DNA of 64,000 nucleotides from Firmicutes bacterium CAG:646 (GCA_000432335.1 HF995366.1:10792-74791); one strand, 5' to 3'. Counted from the first letter of the stretch, positions 29,918 to 39,410 are shown. A program made the numbers and translations. The notes: a model not told the origin generated them from the letters alone.

Positions 29918-31210
29918 ATGAATCCTTCTATTATTATTTTTATATTTAATCGACTGGCAAATGTCCTGGAATTTATTACGGGATATTTCTTTATGAAATG
30001 TATGGATTGTACGATGATAAGACGGAAAGGAAAATTGCCCTTTCTTGTGAGCCTTTTTCTGTATACCATTATTTCTACTCTTGTCGTGTTTCCAAAAGAT
30101 ATGACAAATATTTCCATGACTCTGTTATTATTTCTTCTGACAAACTTTACACTATACAGAGGAAAATGGCTTGTAAAACTTTCCATGGTTCTTGTTTTTT
30201 TACCCATTGCAGCCGCTGTCAATCTGCTTCATATAGACATCGGAGGCCATATTTTCATGCAGTTTTTTACAGAATCAGATGCAGTTGCAAATTCTATTTT
30301 TTCTTCTATTTCTTTTGTTATTCTTCCTGTTTTCTGGATGACTTTTTACCATTTTTTCAGCCCTTCTCTGAAAAAGATCCAGAATATTTTTACAGACAAA
30401 GCATGGACGATTGTGGACGTGATCAGCCTTGCATCTTTTTGTGCATTATTTAGCTGTATCTATCTCGCCCCGGAACACCAAACCTATTTTATCTGGCCCT
30501 GTATCCTCGCCTGTCTGGTTACGAATATCTGCAGCGTACGCCTTGCCGCTTATTTAGCGGACGGACTGCATGCTAATCTGGAACGAAAAAATCTTCAGCT
30601 TCAGAAAAATTATTATGAAGAACTGGAACACAACCAGAATCAAATCCGTAAATTTCGCCATGATATGAATAATCACCTTTCTGTTGTGGGAAATCTCCTT
30701 GATGAAGGAAATCTTTTGGCAGCAAAAGAATATTTCAACAGCATCTCCGGGTATATGCAGACTGCAAATCGAAAATTCTGTCAAAATAGTGTGGTAAACG
30801 CAGTCATAAACGCAAAATATCAGTTGATGACAAATTCTTCCATTGATATGTTTCTTAATATTGACATTGATAAAATGATGTTTATCGACGATGTAAGCCT
30901 TTGTACGATTTTTGCAAATACTCTGGACAATGCTATTGAAGCCTGTCGTAAAATAGATGATACTACAAAAAGAAAACTGGAGCTAAAATGCCGCTACACC
31001 GAAAACGGATACTTCAGCTTTGAACTTACCAACAGCAAATCCAACGAAATTTTTGAGAGAAAAGGACGCCTTCTCTCTGATAAAGAAGATCAAAGCGCCC
31101 ATGGAATCGGCATTTCCTCTGTAAAGGAAATTGTGGATAAATACGACGGAACACTGGATATTTCTTACGCCAAGGACTGGTTTAAGGTAGTCATCTTAAT
31201 TGGATCGTAA
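29918..31210 (+). CDS. Sensor histidine kinase, GHKL type (HPK10 / AgrC-LytS-like) with a 6-7-TM sensor domain
   Basis: Polytopic N-terminus, H-box FRHDMNNHLSVV, C-terminal ATPase NTLDNAIEA ... HGIGISSVKEIVDKYDG. Confidence 0.8.
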   Translation: MNPSIIIFIFNRLANVLEFITGYFFMKCMDCTMIRRKGKLPFLVSLFLYTIISTLVVFPKDMTNISMTLLLFLLTNFTLYRGKWLVKLSMVLVFLPIAAAVNLLHIDIGGHIFMQFFTESDAVANSIFSSISFVILPVFWMTFYHFFSPSLKKIQNIFTDKAWTIVDVISLASFCALFSCIYLAPEHQTYFIWPCILACLVTNICSVRLAAYLADGLHANLERKNLQLQKNYYEELEHNQNQIRKFRHDMNNHLSVVGNLLDEGNLLAAKEYFNSISGYMQTANRKFCQNSVVNAVINAKYQLMTNSSIDMFLNIDIDKMMFIDDVSLCTIFANTLDNAIEACRKIDDTTKRKLELKCRYTENGYFSFELTNSKSNEIFERKGRLLSDKEDQSAHGIGISSVKEIVDKYDGTLDISYAKDWFKVVILIGS

Positions 31211-31239
31211 TATAAATTCACAAAAAATTCAAACAGATG

Positions 31240-32973
31240 TTATTTCGGTATGCTGTCCCTCACGCACAGCGCCCCATACCCCACCTGCGGATTCGGAAAT
31301 TCTGCGAATCCCGGCAGTTGCCTTGCCCCGCTGATCAGATAGCTTTTCAATTTTTCCCCGTACAAATACGGATCATTCCTCTTCACAATCCCCCACTCCA
31401 TCAACAGCGCCGCCCCACCTGACACAAACGGTGTGGCAAAAGATGTCCCTGTCACCAAATCATATCCTCCGCCCGCCCTGGCAGTGCGGATATCCACTCC
31501 CGGCGCCACCAGATCCGGTTTTATATAGTCGGTTCCTCTGGTATAACCTCTTCCTGAAAAATCTGCATAAGATTGGAGCCGTGGATTATAAGCCCCCACT
31601 GTGATCACCTGAAGAGCTGTAGATGGAATCGTGAGTGTTCGATCAAGCGTAGGCTGATAAAATCTGGTAGCTTTCTCCACCTGTCCCCCACCAGGCAGCC
31701 ACATATCAAAATCTCCTTCTACAATCCGCACTGGCTCCAGATAAAATTTCCATATTCCACTGTCCACATAATCCTGTACCGGAAGAAAGTCCACATAGAT
31801 TTCCTGGGCTATACTGTAGGGACTTGGTTCTCCATAATACACCAGAAGCTGCGTATCACCCATGCGAAAACGCTGCGCTTCCAGAATCTGTTCCAACGGT
31901 CCAACCCGTTCTCCTGAAGGATGTTCCAGATATATTTTCATACGATCCTGATAGTTTTTCCAGATCTGTACATTCACTGACGGCTCATACATTCCAATTC
32001 CCATTTCTACCGGATAAGTTTCACGTGGAGAGACCGTTCCCGACGTATGACCTCCCACATTTCCTTCATTTCCGCTGCCCACGCAAATGACTGTTTTCCC
32101 CATGCCCGCCACGTCATCCAGATACGTTTCCACAAGACTTCTTCCGCTATGAGCCCCGTAACTATTCCCAAAACTAAGATTGATCACCAGCGGTTTTCCC
32201 AGCCTTACTGCTGTTCGCACCGCATAGTCCACCCCCTGCATCAGTTCCGTTGTTCTGGGAAATCCGCCCTCCCGGGGAACTCCTAATTTTACCACCAACA
32301 GTTCGCTTTCCGGCGCCACTCCCCGATATACACCCTGACTTTCTGCCCCATTTCCGGCGGCGATTGCCAAAACCGCTGTGCCATGTCCGCTGGTATCTCG
32401 ACTGGGGACAAGTTTTGCTCTTTCTGCTAACGATGTACTCTGCAAAGCTGCATTAATTTCCTCCCGGGTATATTCCGTTCCAATCCGATATCCTTCCGGA
32501 GGATTGCCGGGAATCGTCTGATCCCACAAACTAAAAATTCTCGTTGTTCCATCCTCATTGCGAAAATCCCGGTGCGCATAGTCCACACCAGAATCAATAC
32601 AAGCGATAAGAACACCCTTCCCATATAATGGGATCTTATCGCTCTGCACCGGATTGACACAAGATACCGCTCTTCCTGTTACCACAGAAAAAAACAGACT
32701 TTTGGGCTTTTCCACATATTCCACCTGTGGTCTATGAGAAAATTCCTCCAGTCTGTTTTGAGGAAGATTGACAACAGCATAATTTCCCAGTAACGGAGTA
32801 ATAATAATCCCTTCGCTTTCCAGTCCAGAAAGTTCTCCAGAATACTTTATGATCACATTCCAGCGCTCATCCTCTGCATCATATCCCACTTCCAGTTCCA
32901 GCGATTCCTCCCGTTCCCGTTCGGTAGCTTCCATGGCAAGATTTAAAAGATTACCTACTTTTTGATTATTCAT
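31240..32973 (-). CDS. Subtilisin-like S8 serine peptidase, Csp (germination protease)-like, no signal peptide
   Basis: Prodomain-like N-terminus VIIKYSGELSG...YAVVNLPQNRLEEF...VEYVEKPKSLFF. Catalytic triad IDSGVD / HGTAV / GTSFATP intact. Confidence 0.75.
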   Translation of the reverse strand: MNNQKVGNLLNLAMEATEREREESLELEVGYDAEDERWNVIIKYSGELSGLESEGIIITPLLGNYAVVNLPQNRLEEFSHRPQVEYVEKPKSLFFSVVTGRAVSCVNPVQSDKIPLYGKGVLIACIDSGVDYAHRDFRNEDGTTRIFSLWDQTIPGNPPEGYRIGTEYTREEINAALQSTSLAERAKLVPSRDTSGHGTAVLAIAAGNGAESQGVYRGVAPESELLVVKLGVPREGGFPRTTELMQGVDYAVRTAVRLGKPLVINLSFGNSYGAHSGRSLVETYLDDVAGMGKTVICVGSGNEGNVGGHTSGTVSPRETYPVEMGIGMYEPSVNVQIWKNYQDRMKIYLEHPSGERVGPLEQILEAQRFRMGDTQLLVYYGEPSPYSIAQEIYVDFLPVQDYVDSGIWKFYLEPVRIVEGDFDMWLPGGGQVEKATRFYQPTLDRTLTIPSTALQVITVGAYNPRLQSYADFSGRGYTRGTDYIKPDLVAPGVDIRTARAGGGYDLVTGTSFATPFVSGGAALLMEWGIVKRNDPYLYGEKLKSYLISGARQLPGFAEFPNPQVGYGALCVRDSIPK

Positions 32974-33038
32974 AAAGCTCCATTAATTAATATTTATTAT
33001 AATATCTATAGTTATACAAAATTATCCCAAATATATCT

Positions 33039-34046
33039 TTAAATTTTCAACATCCTAAAAAATGTAGGTTCTGTATCCAACAATGCAGAACCCACATCAA
33101 AGCCATCACTAATTTTTTTAATTGCATTTTTTTGTCTTCCATATACCTCGCAAAAATATTTAAATAGTTTCTCCCGATCCATCTCTGCCGCCAAACATCC
33201 CATCTTGGTCACAGCATTTCCACCTGTAATATTTCCAAATCGAATACAATCATCCAATGTGTATCCATAATACAGCCCATACATAAAACCAGCCGCAAAG
33301 GCATCTCCTGCCCCAGTAGAATCCACATGATTTACAGGGAGCGGTTCTATAACGTATATCTCCCCGTTTGCTTTATACATACATCCTTCATTTCCATTTT
33401 TTACAATAGGATTTTTCAAATACTCCGCTAGCGTTTCCAATGCTTGTACCGGTGTATCTGCTCCAGTTATTTTCATAGCTTCCATAGCATTCGGTATAAA
33501 GTAATCCACATAAGGAAAAATATCATAATACCACTCTAAACTCAACATATCATTCCAAGCAGAATCTAAAACAATCGTGCATCCTGCTTCTTTTAAAGGC
33601 TTACATAACTCTTTTTGTTCTAAGGAAAGAAAAGCAATTTGACAATCCTCATAAAACTCATATATTTTCTTTTTTTTCACCTCAAAAGCTGTTTCCTTAG
33701 GTTTGTAAGAAATAATTCCTCGATCCTGATTACAGGAAACCACGCAACTTAGAGTAACCGGATCTCTCTCCTCTGTTGAAAGCATATTTCTGTATTCAAT
33801 TTTATTCTTCTTCAGTTCCTTTACCAGATATCTGCTGAGAGGACCTTCTCCAATATAAGTCGCCAATTTTACAGGGACTCCAAGTCTGGATAATTGAATC
33901 AACGTAGCTACAGCTCCTCCTCCAAGCTGTTGTGAACAACTTTCACTATACACTTCTTCTCCTAATCGGGGCATCCTATGTGCATTTCCAAAAATGATAT
34001 CTATATTAGCAATTCCAAATCCCCCTACACTCTTCATATCTTCCAT
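33039..34046 (-). CDS. PfkB family carbohydrate kinase (ribokinase-like)
   Basis: N-terminal GG motif and C-terminal VDSTGAGDAFAAGFMYG. Confidence 0.85.
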   Translation of the reverse strand: MEDMKSVGGFGIANIDIIFGNAHRMPRLGEEVYSESCSQQLGGGAVATLIQLSRLGVPVKLATYIGEGPLSRYLVKELKKNKIEYRNMLSTEERDPVTLSCVVSCNQDRGIISYKPKETAFEVKKKKIYEFYEDCQIAFLSLEQKELCKPLKEAGCTIVLDSAWNDMLSLEWYYDIFPYVDYFIPNAMEAMKITGADTPVQALETLAEYLKNPIVKNGNEGCMYKANGEIYVIEPLPVNHVDSTGAGDAFAAGFMYGLYYGYTLDDCIRFGNITGGNAVTKMGCLAAEMDREKLFKYFCEVYGRQKNAIKKISDGFDVGSALLDTEPTFFRMLKI

Positions 34047-35326
34047 CCTCCTGTATAATCTCTGTAAACCTCAAGATATTCCTTTAACAATTCTTCTGCC
34101 AGAGAATAGGAATTTACTAATGGATGCACCATGAGAGCCTCTACGGCTTTTCCAGTATTCTGCTCTACTATAGCCTGAGCAGCCATTCTCTCATAATATT
34201 TTACTGTACAAATCAGTTGCTTTGCGCTTTCTGGTAATATATATGGACCAGATTTAGGTGCCGCTCCTTTTTTTGAAATATGACAAGATACCTCTATCAC
34301 ATCTGTATCTTCCAACCAATCCACCGTTCCCTGGTTCGGCATGCAGAGGATCATCTCTCCTTCTTCCCCTGTAATTTTTGCCCGCATAAGCGCCAGAGCA
34401 ACTCCTGCATATCCCCCTTCATCTTTTGTCTTCAAATCAAATTTCGGAATACAAATATTATCTCGAGATACAGAAGTTTCTCCCTCCATATAATTACTCT
34501 CACGCATATAGATATACTTGCTATATATTTCCAACATTTTATCAAAATCTGTTTTGGCATTGTATTTACTTAATTCCTGCAACATATTGTCATTAATCTT
34601 TTTAATTCTCTCGCCTCTTGTTTCTCCTGTCCTTTTTATATTCTCAAGTGCCTTTTCTCTATAATAAAAATAATACAAGTATTCGTTAAGCATACATCCC
34701 ATATGCTGTGCTAATTTGGGTTCAAAATATCGCATATCTGTCTGTTCATAAAGTCTGGGATTTTTTAATATTTCTGAAAGTATCTCTGCATTATCTTTTT
34801 TTACACTGGTAAAATATGATAAATGATTCAAACCTATAAGATGCACTTGAAAATCCGAAGCTTCTGCTTTGTATAATCCTGCAACCTGACGCAAAAAACC
34901 AGACGGAGCATCACAAATTCCATACACAAAAGAATATCCCTGATCTCTTAATGCCTGAGTCACAAGCCCCGCGGGATTCGTAAAATTGAACACCATAACA
35001 TTAGGATTAGCATATCTGCGAATCAATTCACAATAATGCAACAAGATAGGAATCGAACGCAATGCCATTGCAAATCCTCCTACTCCAGTTGTTTCCTGAC
35101 CTATGACTCCATGCTTTAAAGCCACCCTCTCGTCTATAATACGGCTCTCTTCTTTTCCAGCACGAATAGTAGTAATGATAAAATCTGCCTTTCCTACAGC
35201 TTCTTTTTCATCTGTCGTACATATATATTTTACAAAAGGTGCCATACGAGCAAAAATTTCTCTTACCATAGCTCCAAAAATACAAACTCTCTCTTTATCA
35301 AAATAGCTATGACCCCGGGATTTTTT
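34034..35326 (-). pseudogene. GH4 family glycoside hydrolase (6-phospho-glucosidase-like), N-terminally truncated
   Basis: Aligns to GH4 from about residue 60 onward (YICTTDEKEAVGKADFIITTIRAG, ICDAP, NHLSYF). The NAD-binding GGGS N-terminus is absent. The open frame extends only 19 codons upstream of the first ATG (35269). Confidence 0.6.
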
Positions 35327-35469
35327 TGTTTATACACTGGGATATATGCCAGTTCTCGCACTGCTTCTTCGATTCTTTTTGCTGTTTCTGTTGTCACAAT
35401 ATTTTTTCCATGAAAATATCTTGAAACAGTAGCTGGTGATACACCTGCCCTTTTTGCAACTTCTCTCAT
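35263..35469 (-). pseudogene. LacI-family regulator fragment (HTH plus a few linker residues only)
   Basis: MREVAKRAGVSPATVSRYFHG...ELAYIPV then stop after 68 aa. A 4-codon upstream mini-ORF (MGQP) carries the good RBS and overlaps the start as ATGA. Confidence 0.55.
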
Positions 35470-35551
35470 GGTTGTCCCATTTTATCACTCCTTTGTTTTG
35501 TGCATTTTGCATTTGTTTTTGCTTTATTTTTAATTTACTTGTATATTTCTA

Positions 35552-35579
35552 CCATTCCTTCTATGCCCTAATTATAAAG
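35552..35579 (-). promoter_or_regulatory. Near-consensus promoter for the LacI-fragment transcript
   Basis: Minus strand TTGACA - 16 nt - TATAAT. Confidence 0.6.
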
Positions 35580-35603
35580 CACCTTAAAATTATGTCAATA
35601 TTG

Positions 35604-35652
35604 TTTCATTTGTTTCATATTTGTTTCATAAGTTTCATTTATTTTCTTTCAT
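35604..35652. repeat. Five phased copies of TTTCAT (minus strand ATGAAAC) at 9-14 bp spacing, upstream of that promoter
   Basis: ttgTTTCATttgTTTCATatttgTTTCATaagTTTCATttattttcTTTCAT. Confidence 0.7.
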
Positions 35653-35658
35653 TTCTAA

Positions 35659-35695
35659 CAAAAAAATAACTGTCGAACCTTAAAATTCGACAGTT
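35659..35695 (-). terminator. Rho-independent terminator of the NUDIX gene
   Basis: AACTGTCGAA-ccttaaaa-TTCGACAGTT, a perfect 10-bp stem, with a T-tract on the minus strand (TATTTTTTTG). Confidence 0.8.
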
Positions 35696-35737
35696 TCTGT
35701 TAAATATAAGTCTATATCTATTAAACTAAAAATTTTA

Positions 35738-36355
35738 TTAATCTCGATGCCCCCCCAAAAACCCAAACGGTTCCTCCTCCTGCAAAAAGTGCATCATCTG
35801 ATACGCGCAAATAAGCGCCACCCGTTCCTCTTTCAGTATTCTCCGAACCTCTTCCCTGTCTGCCAGAATCACCTGTATTTCTTCGCTGTCTTCCTGATAC
35901 TTTTCACTGATCGTACCGGAAGCATAGCCATAGACTGTCGCGCAGGACTCATCCGTCATTCCCACTGTGGTAAAATATGGATTTTCATATATTTCATCTG
36001 CCACAATCGGCTCCAGCGTAAGTCCGGTCTCTTCTTTTAATTCCCGCATTGCTGCCTCATGATAATTTTCTCCCGCATCTACCAGACCTGCCGGAAGCTC
36101 ATAGACATATCCCCCTACCGGATACCGATACTGGCGAATCAACACGACCCGATCCCTTTTCTCTCCGTAAAGGCTGTAGATAACTACCCCATCCGGCGTA
36201 TTTTTTCTTGTCCGTATCTTCAACTCTTCCTCTGTTTTTGCACGGGAAGCCACATAATAATGCCCTTCCCGTCCCACTTTATTCTCTGTCTCCAAATCAT
36301 AAAAATTCAAAAACGGATTCTCTGTAACTTTGATAATATTTTTAATCTTCCCCAT
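35738..36355 (-). CDS. NUDIX hydrolase (ADP-ribose pyrophosphatase-like)
   Basis: Nudix box GLVDAGENYHEAAMRELKEETGL. Confidence 0.85.
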   Translation of the reverse strand: MGKIKNIIKVTENPFLNFYDLETENKVGREGHYYVASRAKTEEELKIRTRKNTPDGVVIYSLYGEKRDRVVLIRQYRYPVGGYVYELPAGLVDAGENYHEAAMRELKEETGLTLEPIVADEIYENPYFTTVGMTDESCATVYGYASGTISEKYQEDSEEIQVILADREEVRRILKEERVALICAYQMMHFLQEEEPFGFLGGHRD

Positions 36356-36379
36356 GATTGACCTCCCAATTTTTCTTTT

Positions 36380-37009
36380 TTATCCTGCCAAAATCCTTCT
36401 GATATGTTTGTATAACCCCAGTGTCAGCCCGGACACCAGTATTCCCTTCAACAGATTGAAGGGAAGAACAGAAAACAGGCAAAAGGTAAATAGATCGTCA
36501 ATCGCAGGAATGAGCAGCGCTCCCATATCCACAAAAGCCTCCACCGGCATGCCAAAAGCTTTTCCGTAAGCCGGAAGGAGCAAAAAGGCATTTAATACCG
36601 CTGCTGCCACCGCCATGCAGACCGTTCCTGTCGCCATACCAATCATCGCATATTTTTTGTTTTTTACTCTTCGATAAATCATTCCGGCCGGCACCACAAG
36701 CGCACAGCCCATCAGAAAGTTTGCTAGCTCCCCAATTCCTGCCGTGACTGTTCCATTCAATACAAAATTCATAAGGATCTTTACCAACTCGATTGCAGCC
36801 CCTGCCAGCGGTCCCATAGCAAAAGCGCCGATCAGCACCGGCACCTCGCTGAAATCCAGCTGATAAAAGGATGGCGCCAGAAAGGGCAGTGGAAATTCCA
36901 CCAACATCAGTACTGCCGCCACTGCAGACAGCATGGCAATCTGTACCAGCATTTTCACATTGGTGTTCTTGTTTACTCCTGTTCTTCTTACTGCATTTGT
37001 TGTGTTCAT
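36380..37009 (-). CDS. ECF transporter S component, RibU-like riboflavin transporter (inferred from the FMN riboswitch)
   Basis: About 210 aa, 5-6 TM helices. Start MNTT is 9 nt after AAAGGAG. The track ORF extends through the riboswitch. Confidence 0.75.
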   Translation of the reverse strand: MNTTNAVRRTGVNKNTNVKMLVQIAMLSAVAAVLMLVEFPLPFLAPSFYQLDFSEVPVLIGAFAMGPLAGAAIELVKILMNFVLNGTVTAGIGELANFLMGCALVVPAGMIYRRVKNKKYAMIGMATGTVCMAVAAAVLNAFLLLPAYGKAFGMPVEAFVDMGALLIPAIDDLFTFCLFSVLPFNLLKGILVSGLTLGLYKHIRRILAG

Positions 37010-37042
37010 ATCATCCATCTCCTTTTCATTTTCGAAAAAGGA

Positions 37043-37076
37043 AATTCCCGGAAATAAAAAAACCAGAGGAACTGAC
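37043..37076 (-). terminator. Expression-platform terminator of the FMN riboswitch
   Basis: Minus strand CCGGAGG-gatggtcagtt-CCTCTGG followed by TTTTTTTA. Confidence 0.7.
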
Positions 37077-37157
37077 CATCCCTCCGGGTGAAACAGGAGC
37101 TGACACGCAACGCGCAGCCTTATGAAATATATAAGAAATATCTCATATCTCCTATCT

Positions 37158-37290
37158 CTTCTTCTCTCATCCAGACTATACTGTCGGTACCGGAATCTCA
37201 CCGGTTCAGCCATGCTGCCATGGGTCGCGGACTTTACCGCCGGTGGGGAATTACGCCCCGCCCCGAAGAATTTTCTTTTCTTCCCCTATC
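37158..37290 (-). promoter_or_regulatory. FMN riboswitch (RFN element)
   Basis: Minus strand CTTCGGGGCGGGGCGTAATTCCCCACCGGCGGTAAAGTCCGCGACCC...GGTGAGATTCCGGTACCGACAGTATAGTCTGGATGAGAGAAGA matches the conserved RFN blocks of B. subtilis ribD. Preceded by TTGAAC-17-TATGAT. Confidence 0.85.
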
Positions 37291-37420
37291 ATAACGCAGA
37301 GTTCCATGAAGTTCAATAGAATTTTGATAACTATTTTTTATCATTTCGATAAAATTTATGTATTTTTATTATTATCAGTTCTGTAGTATCCTAAATCCAG
37401 AAAAAACGAGGAGGTCTCTC

Positions 37421-37996
37421 ATGAAAAAGAAAGCAAATCCAAAGATTTTATGGCAATTATTTACTTCGATGTTTTTATTAAGTTCCTGTACTTTCGGAGG
37501 GGGATTCGTGATCGTCTCGCTCATGAAAAAAAAGTTTGTAGATGAAAAGAAATGGCTGGAGGAAGATGAAATGCTGGATATCACCGCTATCACCCAATCC
37601 TCCCCCGGACCTTTGCCGGTCAATGCCTCCGTGATCATCGGTTATCGCATGGCAGGAATCGCCGGTTCTCTCACCGCCATCGCCGGTACCATCCTGCCCC
37701 CCATGATCATCATATCTCTGATCAGCCTGTGCTATGAACAGTTCCGCACCAATGAAATTGTGGCGTTAGCTCTTCAGGTAACCCGGGCAGGCGTTGCCGC
37801 CGTCATACTGGACGTCACTTTGAATCTGGCAGGCAACATCATCAAGCTGCACAACGCTTTTTATCTGGGGATGATGATTCTCTGCTTTATCGCCGTAGTA
37901 TTTTTCAATGTAAGCGCTATGGCAGTGATCCTCACCTGCCTGGCAGTAGGGATTGTAAGCGCCGTAATCACCAGTCTCAGAAAGGAGGAAGCATAG
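37421..37996 (+). CDS. chrA: Chromate transporter ChrA-family protein, N-terminal half-size paralog
   Basis: MKKKANPKILWQLF...GGGFVIVSLM. RBS GAGGAGG. Confidence 0.85.
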   Translation: MKKKANPKILWQLFTSMFLLSSCTFGGGFVIVSLMKKKFVDEKKWLEEDEMLDITAITQSSPGPLPVNASVIIGYRMAGIAGSLTAIAGTILPPMIIISLISLCYEQFRTNEIVALALQVTRAGVAAVILDVTLNLAGNIIKLHNAFYLGMMILCFIAVVFFNVSAMAVILTCLAVGIVSAVITSLRKEEA

Positions 37997-37997
37997 G

Positions 37998-38552
37998 ATG
38001 ATCTGGAAATTATTTTTTGCCTTTATTCAGGTAGGACTCTTCAGCGTAGGCGGAGGCTACGCAGCCATCCCCCTGATTCAGGAACAGATTGTAAATATTC
38101 ATCATCTGATGACACTGGAAGAATTCAGTGATCTGATCACCATTGCCGAAATGACGCCCGGACCGATTTCTATCAATTCTTCTACCTTTGTAGGAATGCG
38201 TCTGGCTGGAATCCCCGGTGTTTTACTCTGTACTCTGGGCTGTATCCTTCCTTCTTTTATCATCTGCCTTACACTGGCACATTTTTACTATAAATACAGA
38301 AATTTTTCCGGCATCCAGAAAGTACTCGCTGCCCTTCGCCCGGCTGTCGTTGCACTCATCGCTTCCGCCGGTCTTTCCATCCTCACCGTAGCAGTTTTCC
38401 AAAATGGTGTAATTTCCCTGGAAAATATTCGTTATATCGAGGTTATACTTTTCGCCGTAAGTCTGTATTTACTTCGCCGACATAAAGTGAATCCCATTCT
38501 GATCATTCTGGGAAATGGTGTCGTGGGAACTATTCTTTATCTGCTCTTCTAA
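37998..38552 (+). CDS. chrA: Chromate transporter ChrA-family protein, C-terminal half-size paralog
   Basis: MIWKLFFAFIQVGLFSVGGGYAAIPLI. RBS AGGAGGAAG. Confidence 0.85.
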   Translation: MIWKLFFAFIQVGLFSVGGGYAAIPLIQEQIVNIHHLMTLEEFSDLITIAEMTPGPISINSSTFVGMRLAGIPGVLLCTLGCILPSFIICLTLAHFYYKYRNFSGIQKVLAALRPAVVALIASAGLSILTVAVFQNGVISLENIRYIEVILFAVSLYLLRRHKVNPILIILGNGVVGTILYLLF

Positions 38553-39410
38553 AAGTTCAAGGAAAATCTGCATAACAGGAGAAAGAAATTTATTTTTATG
38601 ATAAATCAGCCGGATGGTTCTCTTAAACTCCCTCTGTTCCAGAGGGAGCGCCACCAGCTTTCCCTCCTTCAACTCCTGCTCCACCATCATTTTTGACAAA
38701 ATAGCATAGCCTTCTGTATAGAGAAGCGCCTGTTTCATGGTTTCCGTATTACTACAGGAATATATGGGAACCATTTTTATTCCCGACTCCACGAGATACT
38801 GTTCCAGCTGATTTCGGGCGCTGCTGCCCCCTTCTCTGGATATAAACGGATACTTTTCCAGATCCTGTATCGTAATGTTTCCCTTCTGCGCCAGAGGATG
38901 TCCGCTGCGGGAAGCGATTACCAGTTCATCTTCCATCATATCCCGCACCACCAGATCGCTGCTGTTCACAGTTCCCTCCACCAGCGCCATATCCAAAGCA
39001 TATTCTTCCACCATATGTTCAATGGTACTGGTGTTATCCACCGTTGCCTCATACGTTATTTCTTCCGAATACTCCCCCAACTTCTTGAGAAGCGGCGGAA
39101 GAAGCCGGGTACCCACACTTACCGACGCTCCGATCCGAATATGCTGCTTTTGCCCCTCCTGATATATTTCCGATTCCATCTGGTGAAACGTTTCCAGAAC
39201 CCGAAGGGCGTGAATCCGCATTTTCTCCCCTGCCGCTGTGAGATAGAGCCGCTGACGGATTCTTTCAAACAGCCTCACCTGATAATATTTTTCCAATTCA
39301 CTGATTCCCTTTGAAACTGCCGGTTGGGACAGATTCAGTTTTTTTGCCGCCCCATGGGTAGTCTTTTCCTGGCATACCGCCACAAAAATTTCCAGATGAT
39401 GTAAAGTCAT
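38469..39410 (-). CDS. LysR family transcriptional regulator
   Basis: MTLHHLEIFVAVCQEKTTHGAAKKLNLSQPAVSKGISELE. The 3' end overlaps the convergent chrA by about 84 nt. Confidence 0.85.
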   Translation of the reverse strand: MTLHHLEIFVAVCQEKTTHGAAKKLNLSQPAVSKGISELEKYYQVRLFERIRQRLYLTAAGEKMRIHALRVLETFHQMESEIYQEGQKQHIRIGASVSVGTRLLPPLLKKLGEYSEEITYEATVDNTSTIEHMVEEYALDMALVEGTVNSSDLVVRDMMEDELVIASRSGHPLAQKGNITIQDLEKYPFISREGGSSARNQLEQYLVESGIKMVPIYSCSNTETMKQALLYTEGYAILSKMMVEQELKEGKLVALPLEQREFKRTIRLIYHKNKFLSPVMQIFLELLEEQIKNSSHDTISQNDQNGIHFMSAK

